Assembly (NCBI GenBank): GCA_964486045.1
Contig: CAZALK010000013.1
Span: 1-46,740 of the forward strand
Direction of reading: 5' to 3'
DNA: 46,740 nt
Source of the DNA: an uncultured archaeon
Lineage (GTDB): Archaea > Asgardarchaeota > Lokiarchaeia > Sigyniarchaeales > SOKP01
Part shown: positions 1 to 10,611 of the stretch, piece by piece
How the letters are laid out: the number at the start of each line of letters is the position of its first letter
Position numbering within the stretch: position 1 is the first letter of the stretch
Notes under the pieces: generated by a model
Database searches by the model: none
Told to the model about the DNA's origin: nothing
The model's input: the letters and a program-made list of their open reading frames with translations, nothing else
Translations under genes and position numbers: made by a program

Positions 1-56
1 GATCTAAATCTCAGGACTTGCAAAAGAGTGACACATTCATAAACTTATATTCATTC

Positions 57-368
57 TCAATCATCTTTAAGGATTCCTTTTCTCTTCTTTATTAAGAACG
101 CTCCTGGTATTATAAATGCTATAAGGCAAGTTACAAGTAATATTATATTGAGAATAAAGTTAAATAATAAATAATTTATTTGGTCCCAATACTGATCAAT
201 ATAATAAGACTCATAGTGGTTCATAATCACCGTGGTTCCTGCTAGTAACGTGAATGAAAGGTAGGCTAATATTGGAATTCCAATTATCAATAATATCGCC
301 CCATATTTTTCATTATTTGAAAGTTTTTTCTTTCGGATATCGATTTTTAGCTCCATAATAAACTTCAC
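57..368 (-). CDS. small membrane protein (2 TM), hypothetical
   Basis: 103-aa ORF with two hydrophobic segments and a basic C-tail. Confidence 0.6.
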   Translation of the reverse strand: MKFIMELKIDIRKKKLSNNEKYGAILLIIGIPILAYLSFTLLAGTTVIMNHYESYYIDQYWDQINYLLFNFILNIILLVTCLIAFIIPGAFLIKKRKGILKDD

Positions 369-629
369 TTGCTAATGATGTTCTTTTATTGCTTTGATAG
401 TAAAAAATTAAAATTCCTTGCCTCTATTTTATCTCTAGAATACAATCCTATAAATATTATTATTATTTTCAAATTCTAATGTAAATTCTATCTTATAAGT
501 ACCAGAATAAGAAAAGGATAGCCACTTCATATATAAGGAAAATTTTACTTTTCTATTATAGGCAAAAAGAAATGTTTTTCTACTATTCATAGGAAAATTC
601 CGTATGAAACATACTTAAGAGGGTGTAAA

Positions 630-1076
630 TTGTCAAAAATAGGCTTGAGTGTAAGCATGATTGGTGGTATTTTGTTCTTTATTTTAATGTATTTCTTTGC
701 TAGATGGTATTATTCTCTGTTGAAATTTGATATGGTGGAATCTGTTTTATTTTTTTATTTTTTTCTACTCGCTAATGGGGGTGCAATAGTTGGCGCACTT
801 TTAGGATTCATAGACAAAAGTTGGCAAATAGGCAAAAATAGACAAATAAAATCGGTAAGAGTTGGGCGTATTATGTGTTTTTTTGTAGGATTCAGTTTTC
901 CTCTATGGTTGTTAATTCGCAATTTAGGCGTTAAACCTCCTCTTTTTCCATATTTTTTTGAAGATTTTGCTCGCTTATTTTACATTAATATACCAGAGCT
1001 GATATTATTCATTGGTGGTTTTACCAGTATTATAGAATTGGAATTAGAACTAAGAAAAAATAATTTAAAAATGTAA
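630..1076 (+). CDS. multi-pass membrane protein, hypothetical
   Basis: About 4 hydrophobic helices; TTG start preceded by GAGGG. Confidence 0.65.
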   Translation: MSKIGLSVSMIGGILFFILMYFFARWYYSLLKFDMVESVLFFYFFLLANGGAIVGALLGFIDKSWQIGKNRQIKSVRVGRIMCFFVGFSFPLWLLIRNLGVKPPLFPYFFEDFARLFYINIPELILFIGGFTSIIELELELRKNNLKM

Positions 1077-1499
1077 TACACGTACCATCAATTGATGTCT
1101 TCGAAATACGGAACGATGGGACGATTCTCACTAACTTCCTTGACTACTTCACTTAAAGAAGATTCATATACACGTACCATCAATTATTATATAATTACCT
1201 GGATAAATATCTTCATGTTCCATAATAGTATTCCAAAATTTTTCAAAATCTTTCTTAGAATTTACAATATGTATCCATCCATATACCAATCATAATCACC
1301 ATTAATATACTAATCTGTAATGTATAATTTCATGACACTAATATAAGTTCCTAAAGTCAAGGAATTAATCTTTCTTTCAATAGTGCTGTTTAAGAATAAA
1401 GAGTTTTGCAGAAATTTTTTTGGTTTGATCCCAAAATAATATCTAAATATAAATTGGAATTAATTAACTATATCATAGACGTAGAATCAAATTTGAAAA

Positions 1500-2396
1500 A
1501 TGGATAACCGACTACTAAACAGGTTGAAAAGGAGAGATTTTAGGTTCGATAAAACCATGAATGGCTATATTTCAAAGAATTTATGTATGGTTGTTGGATC
1601 TCGAGAAAGTTTATTTAAATTTCCATATATTAAAGATTATGAATTTACCGATATTAATTCTTTTCTTGATGCTGCTAAACTATTTCACCCTAATGGTCTC
1701 CCAACTGACCCCTTGTTTGGTTGGGAATACGGAGGGAAAGATAACTATCTAGCATGGGTAAACGGGGGTGTATGGAGCTTAAGCTATTTTAATATGGCTC
1801 TATCACTAATCAAAGCTCAAGAGATCGGCTTTCATAAGGAAGAATCCTTCCCGTTGCTTATTCAAAACGATAAAGAAGTCTGTTTAATTACGGTAAATAT
1901 AACCTTATTAGATGTGTGGAAACAACAGTTGACGAAAATTGAAATAGAGAGTCATATGATACCCTTCAATGAGATTTCAATCACAAAAGCCCAAATTAGA
2001 GAGTTCTTAAATAGATTGTCAGGATATGAGGGATGTCAATATAACGGTGTGAAATGGAGATGTGATGGTCCAGAATTTAATTTTTCTACAAAGATCATGA
2101 ATTTAATGAAAATTCCTTCAGGAGTGCAAACTGCTTTTATAGCATTATGTAAAGGTTATGGAGGAAACTGCGACTGTGAAATTTTGATGAATGCTGCTCC
2201 ACACCTGCTAAATGAAGAAGCTTCTGGAAATGAGTCATCGCTACCTAATAAACATGATAAAAGTATGGAACTTGCTGAAAATGAATGTCCTTTTTGTGGG
2301 GATATATATGATAACATCACTTTACATTTCAAGGTATGTAGATTTGCCCCAATTGATGGGGAGGAACAATTAAGAAAACTTAGAAGAGAAAGCTAG
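1500..2396 (+). CDS. DUF2695-like domain protein with C-terminal CxxC..H..C zinc motif
   Basis: YGGNCDCEILMNA motif typical of DUF2695; CPFC...HFKVC near the C-terminus. Confidence 0.65.
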   Translation: MDNRLLNRLKRRDFRFDKTMNGYISKNLCMVVGSRESLFKFPYIKDYEFTDINSFLDAAKLFHPNGLPTDPLFGWEYGGKDNYLAWVNGGVWSLSYFNMALSLIKAQEIGFHKEESFPLLIQNDKEVCLITVNITLLDVWKQQLTKIEIESHMIPFNEISITKAQIREFLNRLSGYEGCQYNGVKWRCDGPEFNFSTKIMNLMKIPSGVQTAFIALCKGYGGNCDCEILMNAAPHLLNEEASGNESSLPNKHDKSMELAENECPFCGDIYDNITLHFKVCRFAPIDGEEQLRKLRRES

Positions 2397-2641
2397 TTAA
2401 GAAAATTTGTCAAAAAAATAAAAAAAAAATTTTTAGAAATTTCTTGCTTTGAGGAAGAATAGCATGAATTTCAGACCGGTTAAGAGGATTACACCAACCC
2501 AATTGCTATCTCATATCAGCTTTCTACGATTTACTCATTACCTTAAATGATGATAAATCAATACAAACGTCAGACAAATAAAAAAAATAAAAAAAATATT
2601 TAGTTTTTTTTACCAAACAAACAAGCTGAAAGAAAGCAGCC

Positions 2642-2675
2642 GAAAATTGCTTAAATTAAACTAATAGCAATTTTC
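2642..2675 (-). terminator. stem-loop just downstream of the histone stop, followed by T-tracts on the coding strand
   Basis: Perfect 10-bp inverted repeat GAAAATTGCT/AGCAATTTTC; plus-strand poly-A at about 2580-2597 is poly-U in the transcript. Confidence 0.5.
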
Positions 2676-2679
2676 ATTT

Positions 2680-2889
2680 TCAGTCCACCATCGAAATTGA
2701 CAGCGAGATATCTGCTGCGGTTACTTTCTTTCTTCCAGAGTGCTTAGCAATATCGAGTGCGCATCCAGTTAAGGTTTTTGCATACTCTTCTAAGTAATCC
2801 ATTAATTTGTCAACCGCTGCACGACTAACGATTTCAGCACCTGCCTTTTTCATCAATGCGCGCAATGGAGACCAAGCAAAAGCGGCCAT
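2680..2889 (-). CDS. archaeal histone (HMf/HMt family)
   Basis: 69-aa histone fold: SPLRALMKKAGAEIVSRAAV...AKHSGRKKVTAADI; GGAGG SD upstream. Confidence 0.95.
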   Translation of the reverse strand: MAAFAWSPLRALMKKAGAEIVSRAAVDKLMDYLEEYAKTLTGCALDIAKHSGRKKVTAADISLSISMVD

Positions 2890-3081
2890 AAGTTATATTC
2901 CTCCACAATTTTTTTAGTTTTAGTTAATTTTCTTAACCAGTTTCCCATTCGGGATAATACCTTCAATTTTTATTTCTTGACTAAAAACTGATGTATATAT
3001 ATCTAAATTGTTAATCCTTATATATAAATTTGTTGGTTGATCCTTCATAACCGAGTAATTTGATCTACTCGATCCAATCGA

Positions 3082-3305
3082 CAAAAAAATTTGGGGTAGA
3101 AAGTTTTTATTTTTTTTACTAGTAAACTCCAATCATATGATCTGATCAATATCTGAAATCAATTAAGGCACTTGTTGATATAATTTTAGTTAATACACTA
3201 TAAAAACACAGAAAATTGTAACCAAAATACAGTAAATCTCTTATGAAATAAAACTTAGAGGTCAATTTAAACCCAAAATTTCATACATACATTTAACAGA
3301 GCGTT
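3082..3305 (+). repeat. non-coding repeat A, copy 1 (direct repeat of 35433-35655)
   Basis: 74-bp core 3091-3164 matches 35441-35514 with one mismatch; diverged similarity continues to ...ACAGAGCGTT. Confidence 0.9.
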
Positions 3306-3469
3306 AAAATTATATATCCAAACGAATTAAAGAAATTTGTGACAGAATTAGAACAGGATATTTAATTTGGGTTTAACTCTAAAGACAAGTTTTTCTTTGC
3401 CTTTCTCGGATTGAATTAGATATTCAAGTATTTTACTCTTTGAAATTCTTTCATTTTTATAATTTTCAA

Positions 3470-3753
3470 TTAAATATCGGGAAACTATTATTCCCAAAGC
3501 GATAACTAACGATAATAAATATCTTATATTTCATACTCAATTGTATATTGGATTTGAAAAGAGAATAGAGATATGGGGAATACCATCTGGAGAACACATT
3601 AAAACTCTTAAAGGTCATAAAGGTTCTATACAATCATTAGAAATGACTCCTGATGATAAATATTTAATAAGTGGCTCAAAAGATGGTGAGATCATCATTT
3701 GGGAGTTTATTACTGGACAAATTTCTCATATTTTTAGAGAACTTAGTGATTAA
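3470..3753 (+). pseudogene. WD40-repeat protein fragment
   Basis: LKGHKGSIQSLEMTPDDKYLISGSKDGEIIIWE is one clear WD40 repeat, too short for a propeller. Confidence 0.75.
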
Positions 3754-3884
3754 ATAGAATGATTTATCTGATACCAGAGCTAAAATTCTTTGTAGTCTCT
3801 TACTTTTAAAATATTTCATTAATAATATGAAATATAAAATAGATACAATTTTGTTAACTAATACAAAATTACCTTCATTATAAA

Positions 3885-5516
3885 GTGATTTTTATGAATA
3901 GGGATGATTTTACAAGAAAAACTAAGGAAACAGTCGCAAAAAGAGCCGCGTATTTTTGTACTAATCCCAAATGCAATAAATTATGTATTGGTCCAGCTGA
4001 ACAAAATTTTGATGATGTCAATTATTATGGTAAAGTTGCTCATATAACTGCTGCAGCGGAAGGAGGTCCTAGGTATGATAAAAATCTAGCTTCAGATCAG
4101 AGGAAATCTGCCAAGAATGCAATATTCTTATGTTCAAATTGTGCAGATATGATTGATAAGAATGAAGGAATTGATTTTCCCAAGGAAAAACTCCTTCAGT
4201 GGAAAAAGATTCATGAAGAGAGAATTAAAAAAGGGGAATTTTCATTAATCAATGATGAATTAGGATATAAGAAAGAAATTCAGGATTTATTCGAATTTTT
4301 ATATACTTTCATTGAAAATGTATTCAATGGATACAGATTAGATTATATAACGGTTAATGATAATATTTTAGAAATAAAAGAAAAAAGAGGGAAATTTAGA
4401 AGATATTTTGGCATGATTTTCAGTCCTCTTGAATTGGATGAAGAATTCCCATATCCTATTGAATGCAAAATCAGATTCTTAGAAAGCGAATATGAATTGT
4501 CTTTTTATGCCGATCCTCAAGAGAGACACTTTTTCGATATGGGTGGAGATTTGCAAATCTCTTATAGAAATGAGAATAATGATAGTGAAACATGGAGTAA
4601 TGTAGAAAATGAAAATCCCAGAGAAGTTTTGGATAAGATTTGGCAAGATATCAAATTAAATGTTGAAGAAAAATTCAATTTCACTTTAAAAATCCCAAAT
4701 ATTCAATTACTTTCTGTTTTAAGTGAGAAAGTGGACAAAATTGAAGAATTATGGAGGAATATTATGAATAATTTGCAAAAAATAAAAACTGAATCTCAAA
4801 AAAATAAATTTCAAAATGCTTTTGATACAATTGAACTGTATATTGAACGATATCCTCACATCATTAAAAAGATAGAAATTCGATATGGAGTTAATATCAG
4901 GTTCAACAAGGAGAAAATGGTTATAATCATTTCGGATAAAGAAGATCCAAATTATATCAAGTTAAAGCTCAGAAGAAGAGACTGGACTGATTCTTTTGGC
5001 AAGTATAAAGAGGATAATTTTTATTTTAGAGAGATTATCAAAAAACCTCCATATAATAATGAGTGGCATAGAAAAAATAAAGTCATGAAGGAGCTTTTAG
5101 AACAATTGTTCAAAATTCCCAATGAAGATTTAAATGAAATAAAATCTAGCGAAAAAGAGTTTTGCATTATGAAAATTTGGTCGGAAAGGTGGAATGGAAT
5201 AATTGATATGTCAGCTGGAAGAGATGGAAGGAATTGGGATGAATACCGTATAAAATGGACAGAAACTGGGTGGTATATTGAACATATCGCCATTAACGGT
5301 GAGTGCGATAAAACTGGTGAGCCTTTTTTATATCAAAACCTTAGACAAGATTTTATCTCATATCCCAGTGATTTACCGAATATGATGAGATCATTATGGT
5401 ACACCTTCTATGAAGAAAATCTATCGCAAGAGCAGTTACAAATTAAAATAAATGAAATTTCAGAGCGAATTAATATATGTGAAAAGAATAAAGCACGAAC
5501 AAATCCTAATTATTAA
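3885..5516 (+). CDS. HNH endonuclease fused to a C-terminal VCH_CASS14-like (integron cassette protein) domain
   Basis: N-terminal CTNPKC..AHITAAAEGGPRYD..NAIFLCSNC HNH; C-terminal YRIKWTETGWYIEHIAINGECDKTGEPFLYQNLRQDFISYP resembles VCH_CASS14 (recalled). Confidence 0.75.
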   Translation: MIFMNRDDFTRKTKETVAKRAAYFCTNPKCNKLCIGPAEQNFDDVNYYGKVAHITAAAEGGPRYDKNLASDQRKSAKNAIFLCSNCADMIDKNEGIDFPKEKLLQWKKIHEERIKKGEFSLINDELGYKKEIQDLFEFLYTFIENVFNGYRLDYITVNDNILEIKEKRGKFRRYFGMIFSPLELDEEFPYPIECKIRFLESEYELSFYADPQERHFFDMGGDLQISYRNENNDSETWSNVENENPREVLDKIWQDIKLNVEEKFNFTLKIPNIQLLSVLSEKVDKIEELWRNIMNNLQKIKTESQKNKFQNAFDTIELYIERYPHIIKKIEIRYGVNIRFNKEKMVIIISDKEDPNYIKLKLRRRDWTDSFGKYKEDNFYFREIIKKPPYNNEWHRKNKVMKELLEQLFKIPNEDLNEIKSSEKEFCIMKIWSERWNGIIDMSAGRDGRNWDEYRIKWTETGWYIEHIAINGECDKTGEPFLYQNLRQDFISYPSDLPNMMRSLWYTFYEENLSQEQLQIKINEISERINICEKNKARTNPNY

Positions 5517-5564
5517 TACTAACTATCTTAAACTCCGAACAAAAGTAGGAGGAAAATCTTTTTC

Positions 5565-5594
5565 AGGAGGGGGCACCACGGGGGAGGGAGGTAA
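5565..5594 (+). repeat. 30-bp G-rich motif, copy 1
   Basis: AGGAGGGGGCACCACGGGGGAGGGAGGTAA, identical to 8029-8058. Confidence 0.9.
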
Positions 5595-5781
5595 TAATTA
5601 TAGGAGAGAATAGGGAAAAAAATAGAACTTCATTGAAAGCTATTATAGATTAAAATATAGCGAAATTTAGGGATTTACACCTAAAAGAAGGTCTAGGGTA
5701 GGTAAAATGCAAATATCAACATTATGAATATTTGATTCAATTAAAGAGTTTTCCAAGCAATAAATTCTTTCTTTATCTGAA

Positions 5782-5943
5782 TCATTCATTTACTAAATTC
5801 CGATTTTCAACTAATGTTTGTTTCTTACAATGAGGACATTGTTCATAATTCCCTGTAATAACATTTTTCTCTAAATTTTCAACTTGAATTAGTTTAGAAA
5901 CAAACTTCTTTCCACAATTATCACATATTACATAAGTAGTCAT
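5782..5943 (-). CDS. small zinc-ribbon protein (53 aa, not in ORF track)
   Basis: Manual translation MTTYVICDNCGKKFVSKLIQVENLEKNVITGNYEQCPHCKKQTLVENRNLVNE; two CxxC pairs. Confidence 0.7.
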   Translation of the reverse strand: MTTYVICDNCGKKFVSKLIQVENLEKNVITGNYEQCPHCKKQTLVENRNLVNE

Positions 5944-6121
5944 AATCTTATACAATTAAGTAAAAGTATAAAAAAAATTCTATTTCTTTTTATCATCGAT
6001 ATGTTTACATAAATAATAGTGTTAAAACTTTGTAAATAAATTCTATGGATTTATCATATCTTATTTACCAGTGAGAGAATAAGGAAAAAAATCTTAAATT
6101 TCTCATTTAACTCTTTTATTT

Positions 6122-6667
6122 TTAAAGTTTGCTAATTTTTTCGTGTAATTTTTGCATTTCCTCTGATAAGATAATATATATTTTTTCAAATAATTCCTCT
6201 GTTTTTCTTAGTGGTTCTTCAGATATACATTCTGCACTAGCATCTCCAAAAGTTATTTTTGAACCATCTAAGTTATAAAACTGTATATTACCACGAACGC
6301 TTTTCTTAGTCAATTCCATTATTGATCTATTTAAATGTTTCATTCCATTGGCAATTAGTCTAAATGGCTTAAAATAATTCTCATTTTCAGACTTTAGGTT
6401 TTTTAAATCTTGACATTCCAGTATTGCTGCTATATGGTCTAAAATAATTGAAAATTGGTTCTGACAGAATGCATATAAAAAACAATTAAAAAGTAATTTT
6501 TGATTTTCTTCTTGAATTTCCTTAATATTTTCACCCGTTTTCAAATTCTCATATCCATTCTTTATGATTGTCCACTGTTTCCTACAACCAATTACACAAC
6601 CTTTTAAAAATTGTTGAAGTCCTACACAAGTACTATATTTTACCCACCAAATGTTTTTCTCAGTCAT
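6122..6667 (-). CDS. hypothetical protein, possible HEPN-like RNase
   Basis: Helical protein with RLIANGMKH (RxxxNxxKH) motif. Confidence 0.45.
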   Translation of the reverse strand: MTEKNIWWVKYSTCVGLQQFLKGCVIGCRKQWTIIKNGYENLKTGENIKEIQEENQKLLFNCFLYAFCQNQFSIILDHIAAILECQDLKNLKSENENYFKPFRLIANGMKHLNRSIMELTKKSVRGNIQFYNLDGSKITFGDASAECISEEPLRKTEELFEKIYIILSEEMQKLHEKISKL

Positions 6668-7170
6668 ATATTCTTCTACTTTTTACGGTTCGTTTAATGA
6701 TTCTTTTCGTTAACCTATATTTTTAAATAACTAAATGTTAATCCTAAGCATATTAACTTATTGGATTAAATTGAATTTCTTAAAATACATCTCTCTATAG
6801 CAGAATCTAATTCTTTAATTAGTTGTTATTTATTTTCTGGGATTAATCCTGCTTCTTTATATTTTTTTGTTATTTCCTTTGCTTTCTTCTGTAATTTCTT
6901 AATTTCTTCTGGATTTGTTATATCAACATTCACTAAATCTTTAAATTGTCCAAGTACACATCACACACGAAATGAGATCATATTGGGGAGAAACTTACCT
7001 TTTCAACAGTAAAAAGGTAAATAAAAAGTTTATAAAAATTTGTATTGTTTAAGTCTGAGTTTTTTTGCTTTGGTGTAGATTCTTCAGTATAATTCATTTA
7101 TATCATGTGTCTCTTTTCTAAGTTGTATGCAACAAATTTAAAAATCAAACTAATAAAAAGAGCATTTATT

Positions 7171-7416
7171 TTATCTAAACCTACGAATTCTTTTTTGTCT
7201 TTCTTTTTCTTCTACCTTTTTTTCAATATAATTAACAAATAAAAGTATTCCGATTAACGATAACACAAAAATCAAAATAATGAGGGGAATATTTTCTCCT
7301 TTTAAAATAAATATCCAAATACCGAAGATTATAACAGCATGGATAACTAAAAAGAAGATCAAGATCTTTCGCTCCCTATTTAGAAACTTTCTCTTACTTC
7401 TCTTTTGGATTTTCAT
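7171..7416 (-). CDS. small 2-TM protein with basic termini
   Basis: Two hydrophobic helices; starts 5 nt downstream of the 152-aa gene. Confidence 0.6.
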   Translation of the reverse strand: MKIQKRSKRKFLNRERKILIFFLVIHAVIIFGIWIFILKGENIPLIILIFVLSLIGILLFVNYIEKKVEEKERQKRIRRFR

Positions 7417-7421
7417 GAAGC

Positions 7422-7880
7422 TTATTTTTTATCATTTTTTTGTTCTAATTTTAATTTTTTCTTATCAACTTTTTCAGCGAGATTTGACATGAAATTCTTA
7501 ATCTCAACATCAAGATTTTCGGTTTCTTTCTCCAATAATTTAAACTCATGAATACCAAATTCTCCTCTTTCTATTATTTTTTTGTTTTCTACTTTATATT
7601 CTTCAAGATGGGTTTTAGCTTTACTTAATAAGTCATTGATCTTAGACATTCCAATTTCGGTTTCGTGTAACTTAGACAAGATTGCAGCTATTTCTTCAAG
7701 TAAGGTTATTCTTTTTGCAATAAATTCATTAGTTTTAAGTTGTGTTCTTGATGTAAATTCTGCATATTGATTAAATCCGTCAACTATTTTATGATTTAAT
7801 TTTAAGACATTTTCTATAATAACACTTACTTGTTGAATTCTATTATAGACCTTTAGAAATTCCTTATCTAAGTTTGGCAT
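7422..7880 (-). CDS. coiled-coil hypothetical protein
   Basis: 152-aa helical, heptad-rich ORF. Confidence 0.6.
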   Translation of the reverse strand: MPNLDKEFLKVYNRIQQVSVIIENVLKLNHKIVDGFNQYAEFTSRTQLKTNEFIAKRITLLEEIAAILSKLHETEIGMSKINDLLSKAKTHLEEYKVENKKIIERGEFGIHEFKLLEKETENLDVEIKNFMSNLAEKVDKKKLKLEQKNDKK

Positions 7881-8028
7881 AAATAAAAGGGTATTATTGA
7901 TTCACTATAAAATTAATTATTTTGTTATAATTTTTTTTATCTTTTTAAGAGAAAAAATTTATCCAATTTCTTGATTCAAACAAGATAAATCACTTTCTTG
8001 ACTAATTCAGTTTCCCCCCTACTTCTTT

Positions 8029-8058
8029 AGGAGGGGGCACCACGGGGGAGGGAGGTAA
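8029..8058 (+). repeat. 30-bp G-rich motif, copy 2
   Basis: Identical to 5565-5594. Confidence 0.9.
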
Positions 8059-8101
8059 CTTCGGTAGTGGGGGGGATTTGTTAGAGGAAAAAAGTATATT
8101 A

Positions 8102-8701
8102 TTATATATCAATATCAAAATCAGCTATAATTTTTGGATAGGCATTCATTAAAATTTCACTGTCACAGTGTCCACCATATTGATACAGAATATCTAAAAA
8201 AATATTCTGATCTTTTTTTTTAATCCCCATATCAGCCAGGATCTGTTTAGACAACTTTAAAGTAGTTTCACATTGATCAGAAACTTTTTTCAATTTTTTT
8301 AAGAATTCAATTACCTGATCTTCAGTAAGAGGATATTTGGGTTCCCAGGCTTCTTGAAGGTTTTTTGGGATTTTGTTTTCATAACAATCGATGCAAAACC
8401 ATTCTTTCGGTCTTGTAGCATAAACCATATCCTTATCCATTTTTCTACACACACCACAAATGCAAATGGATTTTTCAAACGTTCTACTTAATTGTTGAAT
8501 TTTGGATTCAAGTTCTTTTGTTGCTTCAATCGCAGATTTAATAGACTTTCCTTTTTCTATGAATTTCTTTCTTATTTCTCGTTTTTCTTTTAACAATTTG
8601 TCATTTATCTCAAAATATGCTTCCGCGATAACCGTTCTTAAACTGTATCTTACATTTTTCAGCTTTGAATTCTTAATAATAACTCTTTTGTGTTTCTTCA
8701 A
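8102..8701 (-). CDS. zinc-finger plus DUF2695-like domain protein
   Basis: CGVC..CIDC; C-terminal YGGHCDSEILMNA. Confidence 0.65.
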   Translation of the reverse strand: MKKHKRVIIKNSKLKNVRYSLRTVIAEAYFEINDKLLKEKREIRKKFIEKGKSIKSAIEATKELESKIQQLSRTFEKSICICGVCRKMDKDMVYATRPKEWFCIDCYENKIPKNLQEAWEPKYPLTEDQVIEFLKKLKKVSDQCETTLKLSKQILADMGIKKKDQNIFLDILYQYGGHCDSEILMNAYPKIIADFDIDI

Positions 8702-8739
8702 CTTCTACAAATTCATTAATAATTCATATTTAATAATTC

Positions 8740-10611
8740 CTATGGCATTGATCCTAAATATCGCATAATTTCATGGTTATTATGATGAGCTATAATTCTT
8801 TCTAATCCTCTATTCATAATAGTTTTAAAAGATAAAGATGTTTTACTGGTAAAAAATCTACTGTAAAGACTATTCTTATTATCTCCTACTTCTTCTGAAT
8901 AATATGCCTCAATAAACATCTCTTCAATCTTACTTGGATTCCCCGAAAAAATTTCGTTTAAATCTTGTAATAAATTTTTCCTTTCATTAAACCTATTTAA
9001 ATTTACTCTAAAATCAGCGCTTTCGACATTCCAATAATTAAAAATCCAATGATTCTCTCCAAATACACTTAAAATCCTTTCAGAAGTAATGTCACCTTCT
9101 ATCTCGATTAATTGCTGAAATTTGACCAATAAATCTTGCATTTTCGCTTCACTTTGTTCTGACATAAATGCTTCATAATCATGGTGTAATCTATCATCAG
9201 TGATTATCATATCTTTAACTCGCATTGATTGTTTCCGTATCCATGCTTTTAGATTTCGGAAATGATGTCTAATAAAAGTTGGTTGTCCGTTTTTAATCTC
9301 TGCTTTTGTTGCAGAAAATATTTTCCCATCCAAAGGTGCAAAATGTAAGATATCAAATCCTAAGTTTCGTACAATCATCTTCACAAGATGATAAGCCATT
9401 ACACTATCGCTATAAAAAGCTTTAGGATACACGTTTCCATCAACACGAATCTTTCGTGTTTTTCCATAATCTCTAATTTGTTTAATTGTCTTTTGATATA
9501 TGTGTCTATTCTGTCTGTTGTTTGCTGTAAATTTTTGTAAAGCAATGATAAAAGCATCTAAAGTATTAGAATCAATATCGGAAGTTCCTTCTGTAAGATA
9601 TGATTTTAGAGTGCGCTTTGTGCCCAAATATTTTTTAAAAAAGTTATGGGGTAGATGATCCTCTATAAGGTCCATAGCAAGTTCCAGAGTAATTTTTCCG
9701 TCAAATTCTCCTTCATAAGCTGTCTTCGCATAAACAGCTACACAGAACCAAATATTTTTAATAAGATCATATTCAAGTCTAAGAAAGTCTTTAGTCTTAA
9801 CCTCTCCATCTCCTCTGATTGGATTTTCTGTTATGAATCCATTTTCAAAGACATAATCTGTTATAACGTCTCTTATTTGAGATAATTTTATATTGTCTTT
9901 AATATTGGCTTCAGAATAATAGAGAAGCTCAAGGATAACGTTTAGGTCTTTTGGATAATTCGTTAAATCTTGAACAAAGTCCTTTCCTACTTTTAGTCTT
10001 CTTTGCAGAAATTCTCCTATCTTTTGAATATCTATATCAGTACCCTTAGATTTTGGATTTACTATTCGATATAATTCAGCAAAAAATTTGATTTGGTTTG
10101 TAGTAAATGATCCTGCTCCAGCTTGTTCATCCATCACAGTTATGACATCAGAAGATCTAAGGTTAAGTTCCGCGATTTGTGTGAAGTCAGATAATACTTT
10201 ACCATTAGCAATGAATTTTATGTCTAAAATCGGATTGAGATTGTATTCATTCTTTATAATACTTTTAAGATCTTTTACGGTAGATTTTGAATTTTCAATA
10301 ACAATTGATCTTATAGCTTGAGCAACAGGTACACCAGTAAGTCTGAATTTTTTCACTAAATTTCCTAGTAAATCAGACTTTGAATTGACCTTTCCTACCA
10401 ATTTTTTAGAAACCCAAAGTTTTGCCTTTACTAATACATCTTTCAATCTATTTTTAAGACTCCCATCGATTTCGGCTTTTAGATGTTTAACATTAATGTC
10501 GTTGGAAGATTGTAGGACATTATCCTTAACAATTCCTTTTTGAAATTCAAGACTATTGCTAACTGACTGTATAGCACTAAATCCGCAAGCAAGAGAGGCA
10601 CCGAAGAACAT
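8740..10611 (-). CDS. toxin-like protein with an internal ubiquitin-like domain (aa ~86-167) and a possible HNH-like C-terminal region; likely 5'-truncated
   Basis: TVKDLKSIIKNEYNLNPILDIKFIANGKVLSD...DVITVMDEQAGAG; RHH...DDRLHH motif; frame stays open upstream to about 10749 through a Gly-rich hydrophobic segment with no ATG. Confidence 0.7.
   Translation of the reverse strand: MFFGASLACGFSAIQSVSNSLEFQKGIVKDNVLQSSNDINVKHLKAEIDGSLKNRLKDVLVKAKLWVSKKLVGKVNSKSDLLGNLVKKFRLTGVPVAQAIRSIVIENSKSTVKDLKSIIKNEYNLNPILDIKFIANGKVLSDFTQIAELNLRSSDVITVMDEQAGAGSFTTNQIKFFAELYRIVNPKSKGTDIDIQKIGEFLQRRLKVGKDFVQDLTNYPKDLNVILELLYYSEANIKDNIKLSQIRDVITDYVFENGFITENPIRGDGEVKTKDFLRLEYDLIKNIWFCVAVYAKTAYEGEFDGKITLELAMDLIEDHLPHNFFKKYLGTKRTLKSYLTEGTSDIDSNTLDAFIIALQKFTANNRQNRHIYQKTIKQIRDYGKTRKIRVDGNVYPKAFYSDSVMAYHLVKMIVRNLGFDILHFAPLDGKIFSATKAEIKNGQPTFIRHHFRNLKAWIRKQSMRVKDMIITDDRLHHDYEAFMSEQSEAKMQDLLVKFQQLIEIEGDITSERILSVFGENHWIFNYWNVESADFRVNLNRFNERKNLLQDLNEIFSGNPSKIEEMFIEAYYSEEVGDNKNSLYSRFFTSKTSLSFKTIMNRGLERIIAHHNNHEIMRYLGSMP

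Noticed and set aside
1077-1185. 18-bp direct repeat ATACACGTACCATCAATT
   Set aside because: Only two copies about 90 bp apart in decayed sequence; probably a local duplication scar.
2622-2641. Eukaryote-type histone 3' stem-loop
   Set aside because: GGCUG..CAGCU does not match the 6-bp stem/4-nt loop consensus.
2920-3132. 70-aa ORF upstream of the histone
   Set aside because: Overlaps the histone promoter region and non-coding repeat A; likely spurious.
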